64,000 nt of DNA, taken from contig CM060732.1 of NCBI GenBank assembly GCA_030704615.1, positions 1,674,001-1,738,000 of the forward strand. Reading direction: 5' to 3'. Source of the stretch: Takakia lepidozioides. Taxonomy: Eukaryota > Plantae > Bryophyta. The first letter of the stretch is position 1. Each line of letters opens with the position of its first letter. Positions 48,408-62,000 of the stretch are shown one piece after another. The translations under genes and the position numbers were made by a program. The notes beneath the pieces are model-generated. The model did no database searches. It saw only the letters and a list, made by a program, of their open reading frames with translations, and had not been told where the DNA came from.

Positions 48408-51400
48408 TCATTGTGCTACAAAGGCCAAGCGACGATTTCGGTAGTCAAACACTACTACAAACTTTGCTAGCAAGTCTCCACACAAAACACCAGCTGTATA
48501 CACAGAGAGGTCCAAGGCGCCTGTGTTCTTTGCTGTGAACAATGCCCTCACCTGCATCGCATCATTTGGGTTGTCACTTCCCACAGAACACCCCACACAT
48601 TACTCTTGGGTTTTTGTGATGTGTCCAGGGAGAACATGTCTCTTACCAGTTGGTGTTTGCGGAGTAATCTTCTTGTTTGTGCATCTCCAGCACAGCTCCT
48701 TGTCCCAAGCACAAAAGCAAGGATCATAGCAGCAAATATTGGCACTCACAAGCCTTCTTTCCAATAATACAGATACCAACCCTAGGAACACAAATAAGCT
48801 CACCTGCTTGAAAGATACTCCCGCCAACTCCAGTGTTTCAAGTGTGCCAAACTTCACCTGGTACACACAGAAGCATGTGTCATTACCAGCACCTCTGGCA
48901 CCTCATTTGGAAAGTTGGTAGTATTCAAGGCAGTTGTAGAACTGACAGTCTCTGTCTCTAAAAAATACAACCGAGTAGTGGGATGGTCAAATACCAAGCC
49001 TGCATGGTTCAGCTCTCAAAATTACACACGGAGACAATTCTGTGTGACCCCAACACATGATTGTCCCTTCAGGCATGCCTTGTCAACAGCCGTGGGTGGT
49101 AATCTCCTTATTCAAGAACAATAGATTTATCAATTAGAGCCCTAAGAGAGGTTGAGCTATGGGACCTCAATTCCTTCGGTGGAGGCAGCGCTAATGCCTT
49201 TGACACTAGCAGTGCCTCCTGGCCATACTGATTTCAGCAGGCCAAACTGCTCAACTGCACGTCCATGAAATATGATATCCACGCCCCCTGCACCTGTGTC
49301 TAACATAAAGATGGCAACTTGGCCATTGAAGGTAGCAGATACATGAGGCACATTCTCTATCATTGACATGGCCTGCACCCACACCAGGCTAGCTCTATCA
49401 GTTCAAGATGGTGAGGATCTGCAGTCTTCACCCTGAAAACATTCCTTCCTGTAAGCTTCCCAAATGAAGGAATAAAAGATAAGCAACCCTTTATTCCAGT
49501 CCCTTGATCATTGCCCTGCCCATGGATCCATCCAATCCAAATGCTTGCACATAGAGAACATAGGTGGAAAGGATGATCTCCATGGGTGCATACAGGTAAG
49601 TACTATGCCCACACTCAGTTATTATGAAACAGAAGTAGAAAACAGAGTTAAGCAGTCATGGGTAAGTAAATGAATACTCAAGTCATATGCCCAAGTCAGT
49701 AATAGGCACCTGTGTCATTTGAAGCGCTTAATTGCAACACACATAACAAACAATTTTTTGGGAATTGCTGACTATGACTTGGCGTTTTGACAATGCTGAG
49801 AATAAAGCAGGTGTGGTTCTTGTAGGGGAGCTTGAGTTTAAAGTACGCACATGCCAGTCTAAGGCTCCTGATTGTGGAGCCTTATATGCCAACTGATCGA
49901 ACAGTGAAAGCCTGCCTTTGCTGTAAGCCATCTGCAAGAGGACACACTTAGACTTTCCTCCTTGGAAGGCACCTCCCCAGTTGGAGCTTTTGGCAATTGC
50001 CATATCAGCCAAGACAGTCAGTCATGCCAGGACATACGCAATTCATGTTTAAGAGATGCTGGCTAAATTCCAACATATGCAACATAAGAAAGTCAAAAGG
50101 GAAATAAGAAGGATAATTATTGGTAATGGGCAAACCTCAACAATGCAATGGTGGAATATGTCATACCCACAGATCCCTGCTACTGGCGACTTTCCTCTCA
50201 CTACTCCCTCCATGGGTACCTGAACGAGATGAAACTGTGGAATATGCATTATCTCTTTACACACACTGCACTGTACATGGATGAACGTTGCATACAATAA
50301 CTCGACTCTTCTGTAGGGTGAATCCGAGCAGTGGAAGGGAAGTGAAGTTGATTACTCACTAACGAGAGTATGCAGATAGAGGAGGGGCAAGGGTTCACTG
50401 TGAGAGTTGCTAGGCATTTTGGTACTCTGCATTTACGCCTTGCAGAAAATGTTCCAGGAAGGGAAAGAAGGTTTTGGGAGGCCAGTGAAAATGCTTGATT
50501 GTGGTGACAAGTAGAGAAACGGCTAGATGCGGTTGTCAACCGCTTGTGATCCCAATGGTTCCCGGACTATCAACCTGTGTAGATACTGGTGTAGCAATAC
50601 CCCTGATTTTACCAACTGATTTTTAAAGGATTCACACCACTGAGCTATGAGGAAGGAACAACCTCTAAGAAAAGTGGCGCTGTGATGCTGAGAGGACCAA
50701 GTTTGAAGTTCTTTGCCCGACGATATTGACTTTTGACCTGCATTGATAAAAACCATGTCACCTCATTGGGTCATATGCCCATGATGCTCCCTCATCGAAT
50801 GTATGAAAGGATTGCAGTTGAAATATGTTTCTTGGCCTGCATGGATAAAAGCCAATGATGCTCCCTTCTTGACTACAAGATATACCATAATGCTTTAGGC
50901 TGGGGGAGCTGGGGGAGAGCGAGAGAGGAAAGTCAGTGTTGTATACTCCCAATCTCACCTGACCCTCAACACAAGTGATGTGAACGTCCCCAAAAGCATC
51001 CATGCCAAGCTCCTTAGCCTGCACAACTCAAACTGTCAGTCAGATGCCACACTGAGACACAAAACAATCTACTCAGTATGGACAAGCGCATCATAACCAG
51101 GAAAGGGTGGGCACCCTGTAAGCAAGTTGCTAATGGTGTGAAGCTATTATCAGTGGCCTAAGACACTCAAGAAACTTGAAAGTCAATGCTGAACAATTGA
51201 GCCAGCCAAAACAGTGGCATATCTGCAGATCTATCCAGACCTGCTGTGATGGCCTGTGGTAGAAGTAGGTTCCGAAATTTCCTGGAATCCTCATTCCACA
51301 TGGCCCTGCCTCTGTCACTTGTGAAACACGTGGCCCTTCTCACCTCTTTCCCTCAAAATTCATGAATGACCCCCTTTGGCATTGGACAAACTGTTGCAAG

Positions 51401-54400
51401 GATTACCTACCTTATGCGGCGTGATTGTAAGGCTGCTGGCACCTGTATCCACTACGAAGTACCTGTGGATTGGTATACATGCTGATTTCTTTGAGTAATT
51501 GCAACTGGAAACCTGAAAGCTTCCAGCAACCAACTTGGAAGATGTTCTACATGTTCACAATGCATTCTCAGGTGCTTGTCACTCTGCAAAGAAAGATGCC
51601 AGTTCAGGTTGAATGGACCAGATAACACATACCCAATATCCCTCCCATCAATAAGAGGGCGGACAAGGTAGTGGCCACTTTCTGCTCTAATCATCTGCAT
51701 GGCATTTCAAAAGTGCATGGCATGAGTGAACTGCTAAACTGCTGAATGTGAATCACATAAATTGCTTGAACTATGACTGCACCGGTAACTGCTTGGTTGC
51801 TAGCCACTACACTATGCACACGGAAACAAGAAAAGGGAAGAAGCACACAAAATTGAGCCATCATGGCTGTTACAATGAGAGACCAATACCTCGACAGAGG
51901 GAAGATGACTCGAGTCCATGTAGGCATGGGGATAGATTGGATTGTGTCTTTGAACCATTGGTGGATCTGGCAACACATACACTGACTGTGATGCCCCATT
52001 TCCTTCTGCATTTTCCTCCACTTTCACATTGCCCACAAAGTACAAATCTTTACCCCCTGGCGGTGGTGCGTGCACACTTGAGAATGGGAAGAGGCACATC
52101 CGATCAGTCTGCAAAAGACAAACTTCCATCTTAACAAAGCTCCTGTCCAACTTTGATGGTACTGGTGGTAATTTGGAAAATGCACTAAGGTTCATTTGCA
52201 TACTTGTTGGATTTGCATTAAAGGCTGCTATTTGTAACACAATCATAAATTGTTATGAGAGTTTTTCCCAGGAAACATGTGCTCTTGATTATTGAGTTAC
52301 AATCACTAGCAGGCTCACCAGTTCAACAACCCATTCCTATGCAATCATAACTGACGCCTATATAATCATTATTTCTGCCAAAGGAACATCAATCCTTAGC
52401 ATTTAATTGGAACATTTAAAATAATACCTAAACAGATTCTACTATTCTTACACATTGGGGCTACAGTGAGGTGGCATGTCATGAGGAGCTGATATGTGAG
52501 ACAGATGTATCGTGTGGGCCTGTATGGAAAGATTGACACACCAGTAGTTTGAGCAAAATCAGACATCATTGCAACCACCTTCTTGAATTGTTTCCAATCA
52601 CTTACCTGGCAGGTAAATGAGGCCCCCACAGCTTAACTTGCACCCCTGTCTAGTCTGTCCGCACCTTTTTCACTGCTCTCAAGGCTCTTTGTATTTTCTC
52701 TTGAAGCTGTGTCCCAAAGGCTCTTTGGCCTACTGGGGATGCAAACATATTTCTCCTTTCCTCTTTCTCTCTCTTCAAGGAATCTTTGAAATAGAGAATT
52801 AGCCATATCAGCCATCTTCGATACAAGTTTGACCCAACCCAATCATTAAGCTTTTATTGCTCTACTAGCACTGGACATCCCTATCGTGCAGCATGTAGAG
52901 GGTATCCCATGGATATGGATCTGGGAGGAGCACAAACCAGGAGAGGTTGCCAGTCTGCATACTCCCACTTGGCGCAGCCTCCAAAAGCTTTGATGCTTAA
53001 CCTCAGAGGCAACCACGATCTGGTGTCAACGATGACATAAACCACCACCTAACAGGGTGAACCGCGCACAGAGAGATTAAGTACCCACCGCCCCCTCACT
53101 GACTGGCCACTCACCACTTCTCAAACCTGCAGCCAGGCCCACAAGGCGAGCCCCAAATTCATGCCTCACAAAAGCCGAAAAGATTTTTAATTTAGAAAGA
53201 ATAATTGTAATTCTGACTGTAGAGAATTTTACACTCCAACAAACTCCATAAATAGTCAAGATCTCTTCAAATGAAGCCATTCACCATTTGATATTTTGTG
53301 TAGTGGGTGTATATCATTGATCTTTCCAGTGGAATGCCATGGTGCTATACACTTACTAGGACACAAAAGAGAATAACCTTTCCTGTTGACTAGTAGACAG
53401 AGTGACAAGGTTAATGCCTGCCTTAGAATCTTTCAGACTAACTGAGAACATCAATTCTGAAGGAGAGGCATGCTCTATCATGGTGGAGAATTCTTCTTCC
53501 AGCTCAATGTGAAGCTGGTGTTGGGCTTTTTGTGTAAGCCAGTAGCCAGTGCGGACCCATAATGTCAACAGGCATACCTGCAATGCCACATGACGGACAA
53601 GATATGAATCACATGGTATGAATGTGTGTGTGACAGAGAGAGAGAAATGAACTGGTACTTCATAACGTCCGAGAGAGAATGTACTCAAAAGGCTTAGTTT
53701 GCCGTAGCCTTGTGGCCATTAGACACTATTGTGAGGGGCTCACTCCACTAGTGAGCCTAACCTTGATATAAACAATTAGTTCTGGCTTTCCGGATATCCT
53801 GTAGAAAGCCCTTCACACAAGCATCAATCTGCTAAGTGTGAGCAGCCCAAAAGTTAGACCCCAACAGGACCAGGGCTTTAGGCTCAGCTTGGAGATTTTG
53901 AAAGTTGGTGAACAGAGGTGCAGGAACCATGTCTTGATGTTCCTGAAGAGGGTCACTCGTCTGGTGAGAACACCCCAGACAATGTATCAGAAAATGGATA
54001 TTGTCTTCAGTTGCCTGCACATTGGGCAATTACAATCTCCTTTACCTCTCTGCATCTGTTTATTGTTCAAAGGTAGGCTCCCCACGCCGAGTTTAAATTT
54101 CAGTCTAGTGCCGAGGGTAGGTAGGCCCTACAGATCATCCTAAGGTCCTTGCCCATGTCACAGACTCGGAACAAGTTCAGGAAAGTTCTATGCCAAACTT
54201 CATTTTCATCGGACAGACTTTGGGGCATCAGACATGGCTTTGGACACAACCCCTCCAGATCAGCTTCTACCAGTAGGTTCATTTCTTCTGGACTAATATT
54301 CAGGTACTTGACAATCCCTTCTACCCTTTTCCGCCAAGACCTGTTTAATGGGACAGTCTTGCTTCCAAGAAATAGCTTCGATTATCTGGTATTAGACATG

Positions 54401-57400
54401 CCAGTCAACTGACCCCACCATCTGACCTTGAATTCATCTCTGCCATGGTGAACAGAGGTGCCGAGACAATGTTCTTGATTGTCCTGAAGAGGGCCATTCT
54501 CTCGTGAGAATATCCCGGACAATGTATCAGAAAATGGATATTCTCTTCCGGTCGCCCGCACATCGGGCAATTACAATCTCCTCTTCCTCTCTGCATCTGT
54601 TTTTTGTTCAAAGGTAGGCTACCCACCCTGATTTTAAATTTCGGTCTGGTGTCAAGGGAAGGTAGGCCCGAGAGAGAGAGAGAGAGAACGCACTCATAAG
54701 ACGTTGTTTGCCGTAGCCTTGTGGCCATTGTCCCCACGGCCAGTTTGAGCGGAACACAAAGGACAGAAACTACCTTTGTCAGGGGCTGACTCCGGTAGGA
54801 TGACTTACCTTGGAACAGAAAATTGAGCCGAGTTTCCCAGATATCCTCTAGAAATCCCTTTACACAAGCATCAATCTGCTGTGTGTGATTTGCCCAATAA
54901 CTAGGCCCCAAAAGGGCCTGGGCTTTTGGCTCAGCCTCGAGATTTTCAAAGTTGGTAAACAGAGGTACAGGAACAAATCCCTTGATGGATTTGAAGAGGG
55001 CATCTCTCTGGTGAGAGTACCAAGGACAATGAATCAGAAATGGATATTGTCTTCAGGTTGCCCACACAACGGGCATTTGCAATCCCCCTTTCCTTTCTGC
55101 ATCTGTTTGCTGTTTCCTTCCTGCCCCGAGTTTAAATTTCAGACTAGTGCAGAGAGTGGGTAAACCCTTGAGGTCATCTATGATGGCCTCCCCCATGTCA
55201 CAGACTGGAAACAAGTTCAGGGAAGTTTTCAGCCTACCTTCATTTTCATTGGACAATTTCCTGGCAACAGACATGGCTTTGGACACTACAGCCTCTAAGT
55301 CAGATTTATCCAGCAGAGTCGAGACTTGCGGGCTTAGATTCCGATCCTTGAAAATCTCTTCTACCCTCTTCCGCCAGGACTTAGCCTGTTTGACAGCGCG
55401 ATCCTGCTTCCAAGATATAGAGTCGAGTAACTTAGGATATCTGATATTTGTCATGTGTTGCAGCTGACCCCACCAACTGACCTTGAATTCATCTCGTTGG
55501 GAGCTTAAGGGAGGGATGCCAAACTCACCCCGAACAGCCACATTAGCTGTTTTGGAGCATGCTGACATGCACTCCTTGAGCACCCCCACTTATATGGATT
55601 CCAGAGACTTAGCCTGGTTGGAGTTATGAACCCACACCAGATGCGTACTCCAAGGCAGGCCTAATAACGGGGCAAAGGGCTGGTATGGTGGCATCACCCA
55701 CCCCCAAATCCCTCACTTTCCACAGAGAAGCTGATTGATGAAAACATTGAAGAGCAGAGGGGAGAGGGTACATCCTTGAGCTACACCTTGGTCTATGTCA
55801 AAGAAGTCAGACTTCTGTCCATTCACAGTGACACAGCTTTTGGTGTGAGCATACAAGTTATGGACCACTCTCCACATCTTTCCCTTGATCCCAGATGGCC
55901 AGAGTCGGAGCCATAGACCATCTCTCCACACCGTGTCATAAGCCTTTTTGACATCCAAGAAAAAGACAAAAGTGGGTTTCCCTCTTTTTTCCTTCCCTGA
56001 ATAATATGGCTTAGAGTGAAGATATGATCCACACAGCCCTTGTTTCTCCAAAAGCCAGCTCGGCCTTCATGGAAACAACCTCTAGACTCCAGATCAACCT
56101 CGAGACAAGTACTTATAACTCTGCAAAATATCTTGCCAACTGCATTGAGACGCGTGATGCCTCGGTAGTTGCCCGGCTTCTTATGTAGATTGACAATGAC
56201 CCCCTGTCGCCAGCAAAAGGGGAACATTTCAGTCCTCCAGATAAGTACAGGGGTCTTGATCATGGGGTCGCCACCATGCTTGATAAACTTGTTGACTATG
56301 GCATCAGGTCTACCAGCTTTATATCCATTTAAATGCTCAATTGCTTCCACAATCTCAGAAGTGTGTCCTTCCATTCATCAGAAGACCCCTCACTGTTAGA
56401 CCTAGAATTTCTGCCAAGGATACTGTAGTGAGTTTCAAAGGTTTTGACAATGTCAACCGTTGAAGTCACCACTGCACCCTTAGTAGTTGTCAGCGCTTGT
56501 ACTTGCTGATAATTTTTTGGCTTGCATAGACGTTGAAGGGCCAACCAAAATCTCTTGTCATTACCACCATGGTGATTTGAGTTGAGTTCACTGTATGATT
56601 TGGCCCCATATAATTTCTTCTGAGACCTTACAAGCTGATTGATATCTTTGCGGATCTGGTAGTACCTAGCCCACAATTCTTTGTTGACTTCAAAATTGCA
56701 GCACTCTTTATGGAGGACTCGTCTCTCAGCTATCTTGAGTTTGATCTCATTGGTCCACCAATTAACAGCTCTACCGCAAACAATTAGTTTCCTCCAAATG
56801 ATCTTGTCAGCCACAGAGGAGACAAAACTCTCCCAAGGATTTACCACTCTTTCGACTTCATTTCTTGCTTAGAAACTTTCAAGTTGAAGTCCTGACCCTT
56901 GGTTGTCTTCCTAGAGCGCCACATTGAATCGCCAATGTCTAAGACTGCTCTCCAGCCTATCAAGGGACGAACTTCTTTGGAATTAATTTGATGTGAGACT
57001 CTATTTGTAGCATTTTTAGACATTGAAACCTTCAAAGTGCCTCTGTTATCAAGTCTCTAGATGGTGCCATTAGCCACATAATCCAAGCCTAAGCTGGAGC
57101 AGGCAGTTTTAAAGGACACACCGTCCAAATTGGAGACCCATTGTGAAGCAAAATCTGCGGAGCATGTACAGAAAGCCCAGTACCCAGAAGAAAGTATGAA
57201 GTCATGCACCTAAGGTCCTCCAAGCAAGGACAAAACTCAGAGGTGAATGTGAAGGTCAATTTATAATTGACACATTGATCCCAACGACCATAGGTAGACT
57301 GAATTCTAACTCTAGAAGTATTAGAATTGCTTTGGGTATAAATTAAACAGACAGAAGCAAGACCCTTTGCTGCTAGCGATGAAATACAATGCTAACCTCT

Positions 57401-58647
57401 CTGTCATCAAGATCCATCGTAGAGACATGACCAGATGCATCTGCACACCAAGGGTCATGTCTCCCATCGTAAGCCCACTCGCAGGTCATTTCAACACCAT
57501 CAAATCGCTCGTAAAACTGGCCATCCATGTTCCACTTCAATTTCCATTTGCCTTCCATACCCAGGAAAGTTTGCACTCCTGCACTCACAATGTATCAGCA
57601 GGTCCCTAACCAGCAACAACAGATCAGGTTGATTGGAGTCAAAGGGCTGACAACTCTTACAGAATGAGCAACATATTCCAGACCTGGATTGGTCTGCTAG
57701 TTGGACAATTTTGTGGGCCCCATGAGCACCAGAATCCCTGGGCAAGCACTTTTCTGAACTGGGTTCAGAGAGCACAGATAACATAAACTGGAAATTTGGC
57801 AAAGTGTTGAACCCTGTGTACAGTTCTGCATCAACTCAAGAGGCGAGAGTTTGTGATCGGATCTTAGCCGTTTGGAAAGAAGATAGTCGTGGAGCCATGT
57901 TACAAGTCTAGTTCGTCACAATGAACAAGAGGGTACAACCATCATAAATGGCAACAAATCAATATGCTCAACGAGTCTGGAGCTGAGAAACTCCTTGAAT
58001 CAGACAAGCTTCAAAGGAGGACATGGCAGCCCTAAAATTTGTAGAGGTTATGGTTAGCCTTGGAGGTAGCCAGAACATAATTGTGAAAAGGGGCAACGGT
58101 TGGCAGTGTAAGCATGAAGACCTGAAACAGTGATGGTCTCATTGGGAGCAATATCTTGGAGGCCCATTGCAGAATAAACACTCTGAATGTACTTCTGAGT
58201 AGCTGATTTCGTGTTGATACATTCTGTTGATGGCAAACTGTGGCATTCTTGGCTACCACGGGCAGCCGACTGCTTTCCATTAACGTCCCCCCTCCGCCAT
58301 GTTTTGACTTCTTTCCTTATTCTTTTCGGCAAATGATGAACCCTGTCATTGTAAATCATGGAATCACCAGCAGCCCCTTTTTTCAATGTCTGCGTTCTCA
58401 ATGCTGTGATTCCCGGCACAAAGTTGTGAAGTCTGATTGTGGATCTAGCACAGGGCACGTGCGGGAAGTATAACCTGTCCCAAAAGCACACTGTATGGGC
58501 TCCACAATCTCGGCACGTACTATTTGAAAGCCTTCCATAGCCACTCTGTAGATTCGAGTTTGTTGACACTGGCAGGGGCCAGCGTGTGAGTGACGAGAGA
58601 GCTGGTGCACACGGCGACACACAAAGTGTGGCCCGGAAGACAGACAT
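48408..58647 (-). CDS. Multi-exon host gene: tandem retropepsin-like aspartyl protease with a probable N-terminal organelle transit peptide
   Basis: Approximate exons 58647-58122, 57579-57397, 53578-53422, 53049-52939, 51697-51632, 51461-51411, 51018-50959, 50738-50664, 50219-50136, 49932-49852, 49373-49166, 48858-48803, 48551-48408; motifs GYFVVDTGAS, GICGYD, FMLDTGAG, GVLCGDLL..FVVVFDY; exons in 51700-52900 unresolved. Confidence 0.75.
53670..57100 (-). mobile_element. Nested/tandem LINE fragments inside the protease gene's introns (mainly intron 2)
   Basis: RT motifs NYRGITRL, LDVKKAYDTVWRDGL, QGCTLSPLLF; C-terminal CxxC..HFLIHC repeated; two 3' ends ending in (TC)n near 54670 and 53670. 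Confidence 0.85.
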
Positions 58648-59064
58648 TGAGGACCACCGCTACGGGCGCACAGCATTGATAGCCTAGCTGCCCTCCACGA
58701 GTACTATTGCACTCGAACGATACGCGGGCGACTTCACATCTTCACCTTACCTGTCTCGTCAATTATAGTCTTCGTCGTCGTCTCTATCGACGAATAGCAG
58801 CCTTACGGACGAAAACCCATTTAATTACCTGATTCGAGGATGCATGGCCTGCATCTGGGTGGGTGATTCTTTTCCGAAGCGTCCTTCAAGAAAGCGCTAC
58901 AACGCTTCAAATATTTCCCTTGTTCTTTGCGTGGGCTTATATTGGTGAATCCTAACTCGTTGGGACCTGGAGTGCGTTGCACCAGTTTTCGCCCGCGCCA
59001 GGCTGGCGGGTGTGTTACGGGGCGCAGGGCCAGCGTTGTTCATGCTCGGTAAAGACGTAAAGAC

Positions 59065-59138
59065 CCGGGGCGCGGGGGTTCACCAGTTTTTGCCCCCTAA
59101 GACTAGGGGGCGAAAACTGGTGAACCCCCGAGCCCCGG
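59065..59138. repeat. Near-perfect GC-rich inverted repeat (35-bp arms, 4-nt loop)
   Basis: 59065-59099 pairs with 59104-59138 with 2 mismatches. Confidence 0.9.
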
Positions 59139-60939
59139 TTCTTTACCCTACACATGTTGGAAGAGAGCATCCCCGATGATGCAGTAGGTAGTATACGACA
59201 GATGAGAAAGCGGGTGAGAGAGGTCGTGAGAAGGTTGGAAAACCTACAGTACAGGCTGTGCATGCTGCACATCACAGGTTCGAGGTGGTAACGGCCAACC
59301 GCTTTGTGGGCTCCCACAACATCGGCTGTACTTGGCAGCAAATGCGGCTGATGGCAGTCTTTTATTTGTGGGCCAATGTTCAGTGCACATGAGAGGCAAG
59401 ATGGCACGTCAAGAAGCCTTGCAGGGGTGGGCGTGTTTGGAAGAGCGAGTGGCAACGAAGCTATTGCAGCTCACCCGCCTTCTTCACCACTTTGCAGATG
59501 TCCCTCCTGGGCATCAAGCTGACTGGGAAGACGGCCAGGCGGTTCGTTACTGTACATTCTTGCGCATGTTGCAGGATAGACTTTGCCAAATTTTGTACGA
59601 AGTAGATGCGCCATGACTGGCCTTTTCCTCTTGAATTTCCAGAGTTATACGAATCGACCAAGGTTCCTTGTGCTTTGCGCTCTGTGGGGAAGGATTTGTT
59701 CTGTAGAGTCTAAACAACCTCTGTTTTCCGTTCGAGGGGTTCCCTTTCTCTACCCGACCATCCCAACAATCCCTTACTTCGACGGCTTTTATGCCCAAGA
59801 CACATTTGGGTGCAAAGACGTCTGCGAACTTTGCTGTCCATACAAATACACTCTCAGGGTCAAGCCCTGCTGCGTTCCAGTTCTACCTTTAGCTCAAGAT
59901 GAAATTTTTTGCTCTTTGAAGTGAAACATGGCTTTATTCCCTGGAGATCCTCCAATGCTTACCGGTTGCTTAGCATTTATGTGTACAGGAATGTCTTACG
60001 GAGCATGGGTGTATTGAAAGTGAGATCCAAGATATATTGAGGGAGACGGCAAGCCGCATCAAGGAGTTCAAGGATTCCATGAAAACAGATGTCGAGGATG
60101 GTCGTTCTCAAAAGGCGGTTGAGGTGGTGGATTTTCCATTTCTTATTTTAAGGACATTTGATTGGCTTCATTTGTGGGGCTGAAGATGTCTAGGCTAGAT
60201 GTGGATAAGATAGCATCATGAGACCCCTAATGCTGACACTCACCCCGAAAGGGAAGTGGCTCTTATTTATACCCGCTTGGGCAAGAGTATTTTCTTTGCT
60301 GACAAAGCTGGCTTCCACTGAGTAAAATCTCTGGAATGGATTTCTTCCATCGGTTTTTGTCAGACCAACAGCAAGCACTGCAGCTGAAAAACCAGGTCAA
60401 TCTTCAATGAGTGCAAGAAGGTTAACTGGATTTGAGGAGAACCCACAGAAGCCACTCACAAAGCTTGTGATCTAGTGCAAATATTGGTTTATGCACGTAG
60501 AAGTGGTAGTAGCAGTTCTGGCATTTTTTAAGAGCAGAAGCCCAGCTTTAAACCTCAGAGCTTACCTCGTCTTAAAGACCTGAAAAAACGCAACCGGGAG
60601 AGTGCACAAGCTGTTGATACAGGCATTTCTTCAAGAGAGAAGAAGGCAGGCTGAGGAGTGTTTGAGTCTTCTAGAACCTCTTCCTTTCTAACCTACCTCC
60701 ATCCACTGACTACCCAAGACAGAAGACTTGTATTCTAGCCTAGAAGCCTAACTCAATGACCAGTTGGCGACTCTAGCCTTGTTGAAGCTGTGCTCTGGCA
60801 AGGAGTGCAGGCCCTGAAGTGTCAACATGAAGAAGAGATGCAAGTATTAGAGAAGGAATTTACTGCATCAAACAAGGAGCTAGCTGCTGTGGAACTCGTA
60901 TAATTCCCTCAATCTTTGGTTTGATTTTGTGATAAGTTA

Positions 60940-62000
60940 AAGACAAGAAAGTGGTCAGAAGTACCATATATGTTCTATCAACCAACCCTTCAGCACACTG
61001 AGGAAACAAATCCTTATCCACTCTGATATAATCCACAATGGACTGTTCCCCAGTTTGGGCATTTTCACGAGTTCACTGCAAAGGGTCTTCTTTTGACCTC
61101 TTGCTCAAGGTCAAAAGCTGAAGCTCTTCCAGGCAAGTGATAAGCCACCTGCCGTTGGAATTATGCTTATCCAGCGAAAAAGCCCAATGACGTCATCCTG
61201 TTGTAGTCCCTTGGCATTAAAGTCTCCTACCATGTGGCCTTTGGCAAGGGACTTAGCACGATCAAGCTTAACTTCCTCAAAGGCTTTATCAGCGTCCACA
61301 CTAAGGGGCTCCCTCTGTTGGTATGTAGACACAACCCACAGAGGTCCTTAGCCCTCATGCCCCCATTCAGTTTCAGTGTCAGCCAAATACTGTGTTTGTA
61401 CTGAAGTTCCTTGTTGATGATTTCACAATTAGAACACAGGAAGTCACGGACAAACCCACTCCTTTTTAACCACACTTTGCAGAAGCCCTCTTGAGGGCAC
61501 ACACCTTACCATACCACTTAACCCAACGACATCTCCGACCATCTTGTCCTTAGTTTCCTATGTCTATTGCGCAGCACAAACGTGAATGCCATTAGCTTGA
61601 AGAACTTGTCCCACTTCAAATTGTTTCCTTTGGTTAGTCTGCCCACAGATGTTAAAGGCAGGTCTGACTGGCATGGTCTTCTTGCATAGACCTTTGGGCT
61701 TGGCTTACCACTAGGTTCACCATCCCTAGTAGTCCACTTTGGTCAACCTCTTCCAGGGCTTCAAACGAGTTGAAAGCTTTCAGTTTTAATGTCCCTATCC
61801 TTCTTCCCTGAGCCCCTCATTGCATCACCAATGTCTATCCAACCAGTTGAGGGTCAAATTTGTCTGAGTTTAATTTGCTGTGGGACTCTACCTGTCAATG
61901 TATTATTCTGAGACATATCACCTTCAATGCACCTCTGTTACCAAGTCTTGAGATGGTGCCATCAGCCAGATAACCCAAGCCTAAATTTGACATGGTGAGT
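60940..62000 (-). mobile_element. Degenerate LINE APE-region fragment related to the intronic LINE
   Basis: VGDFNA (~61225), SDHF (~60950); 61920-61985 resembles 57030-57093. Confidence 0.65.

Noticed and set aside
59150-60900. Divergent plus-strand gene
   Set aside because: Some exon-like, coiled-coil-like stretches, but many stops and no identifiable domain; cannot be supported
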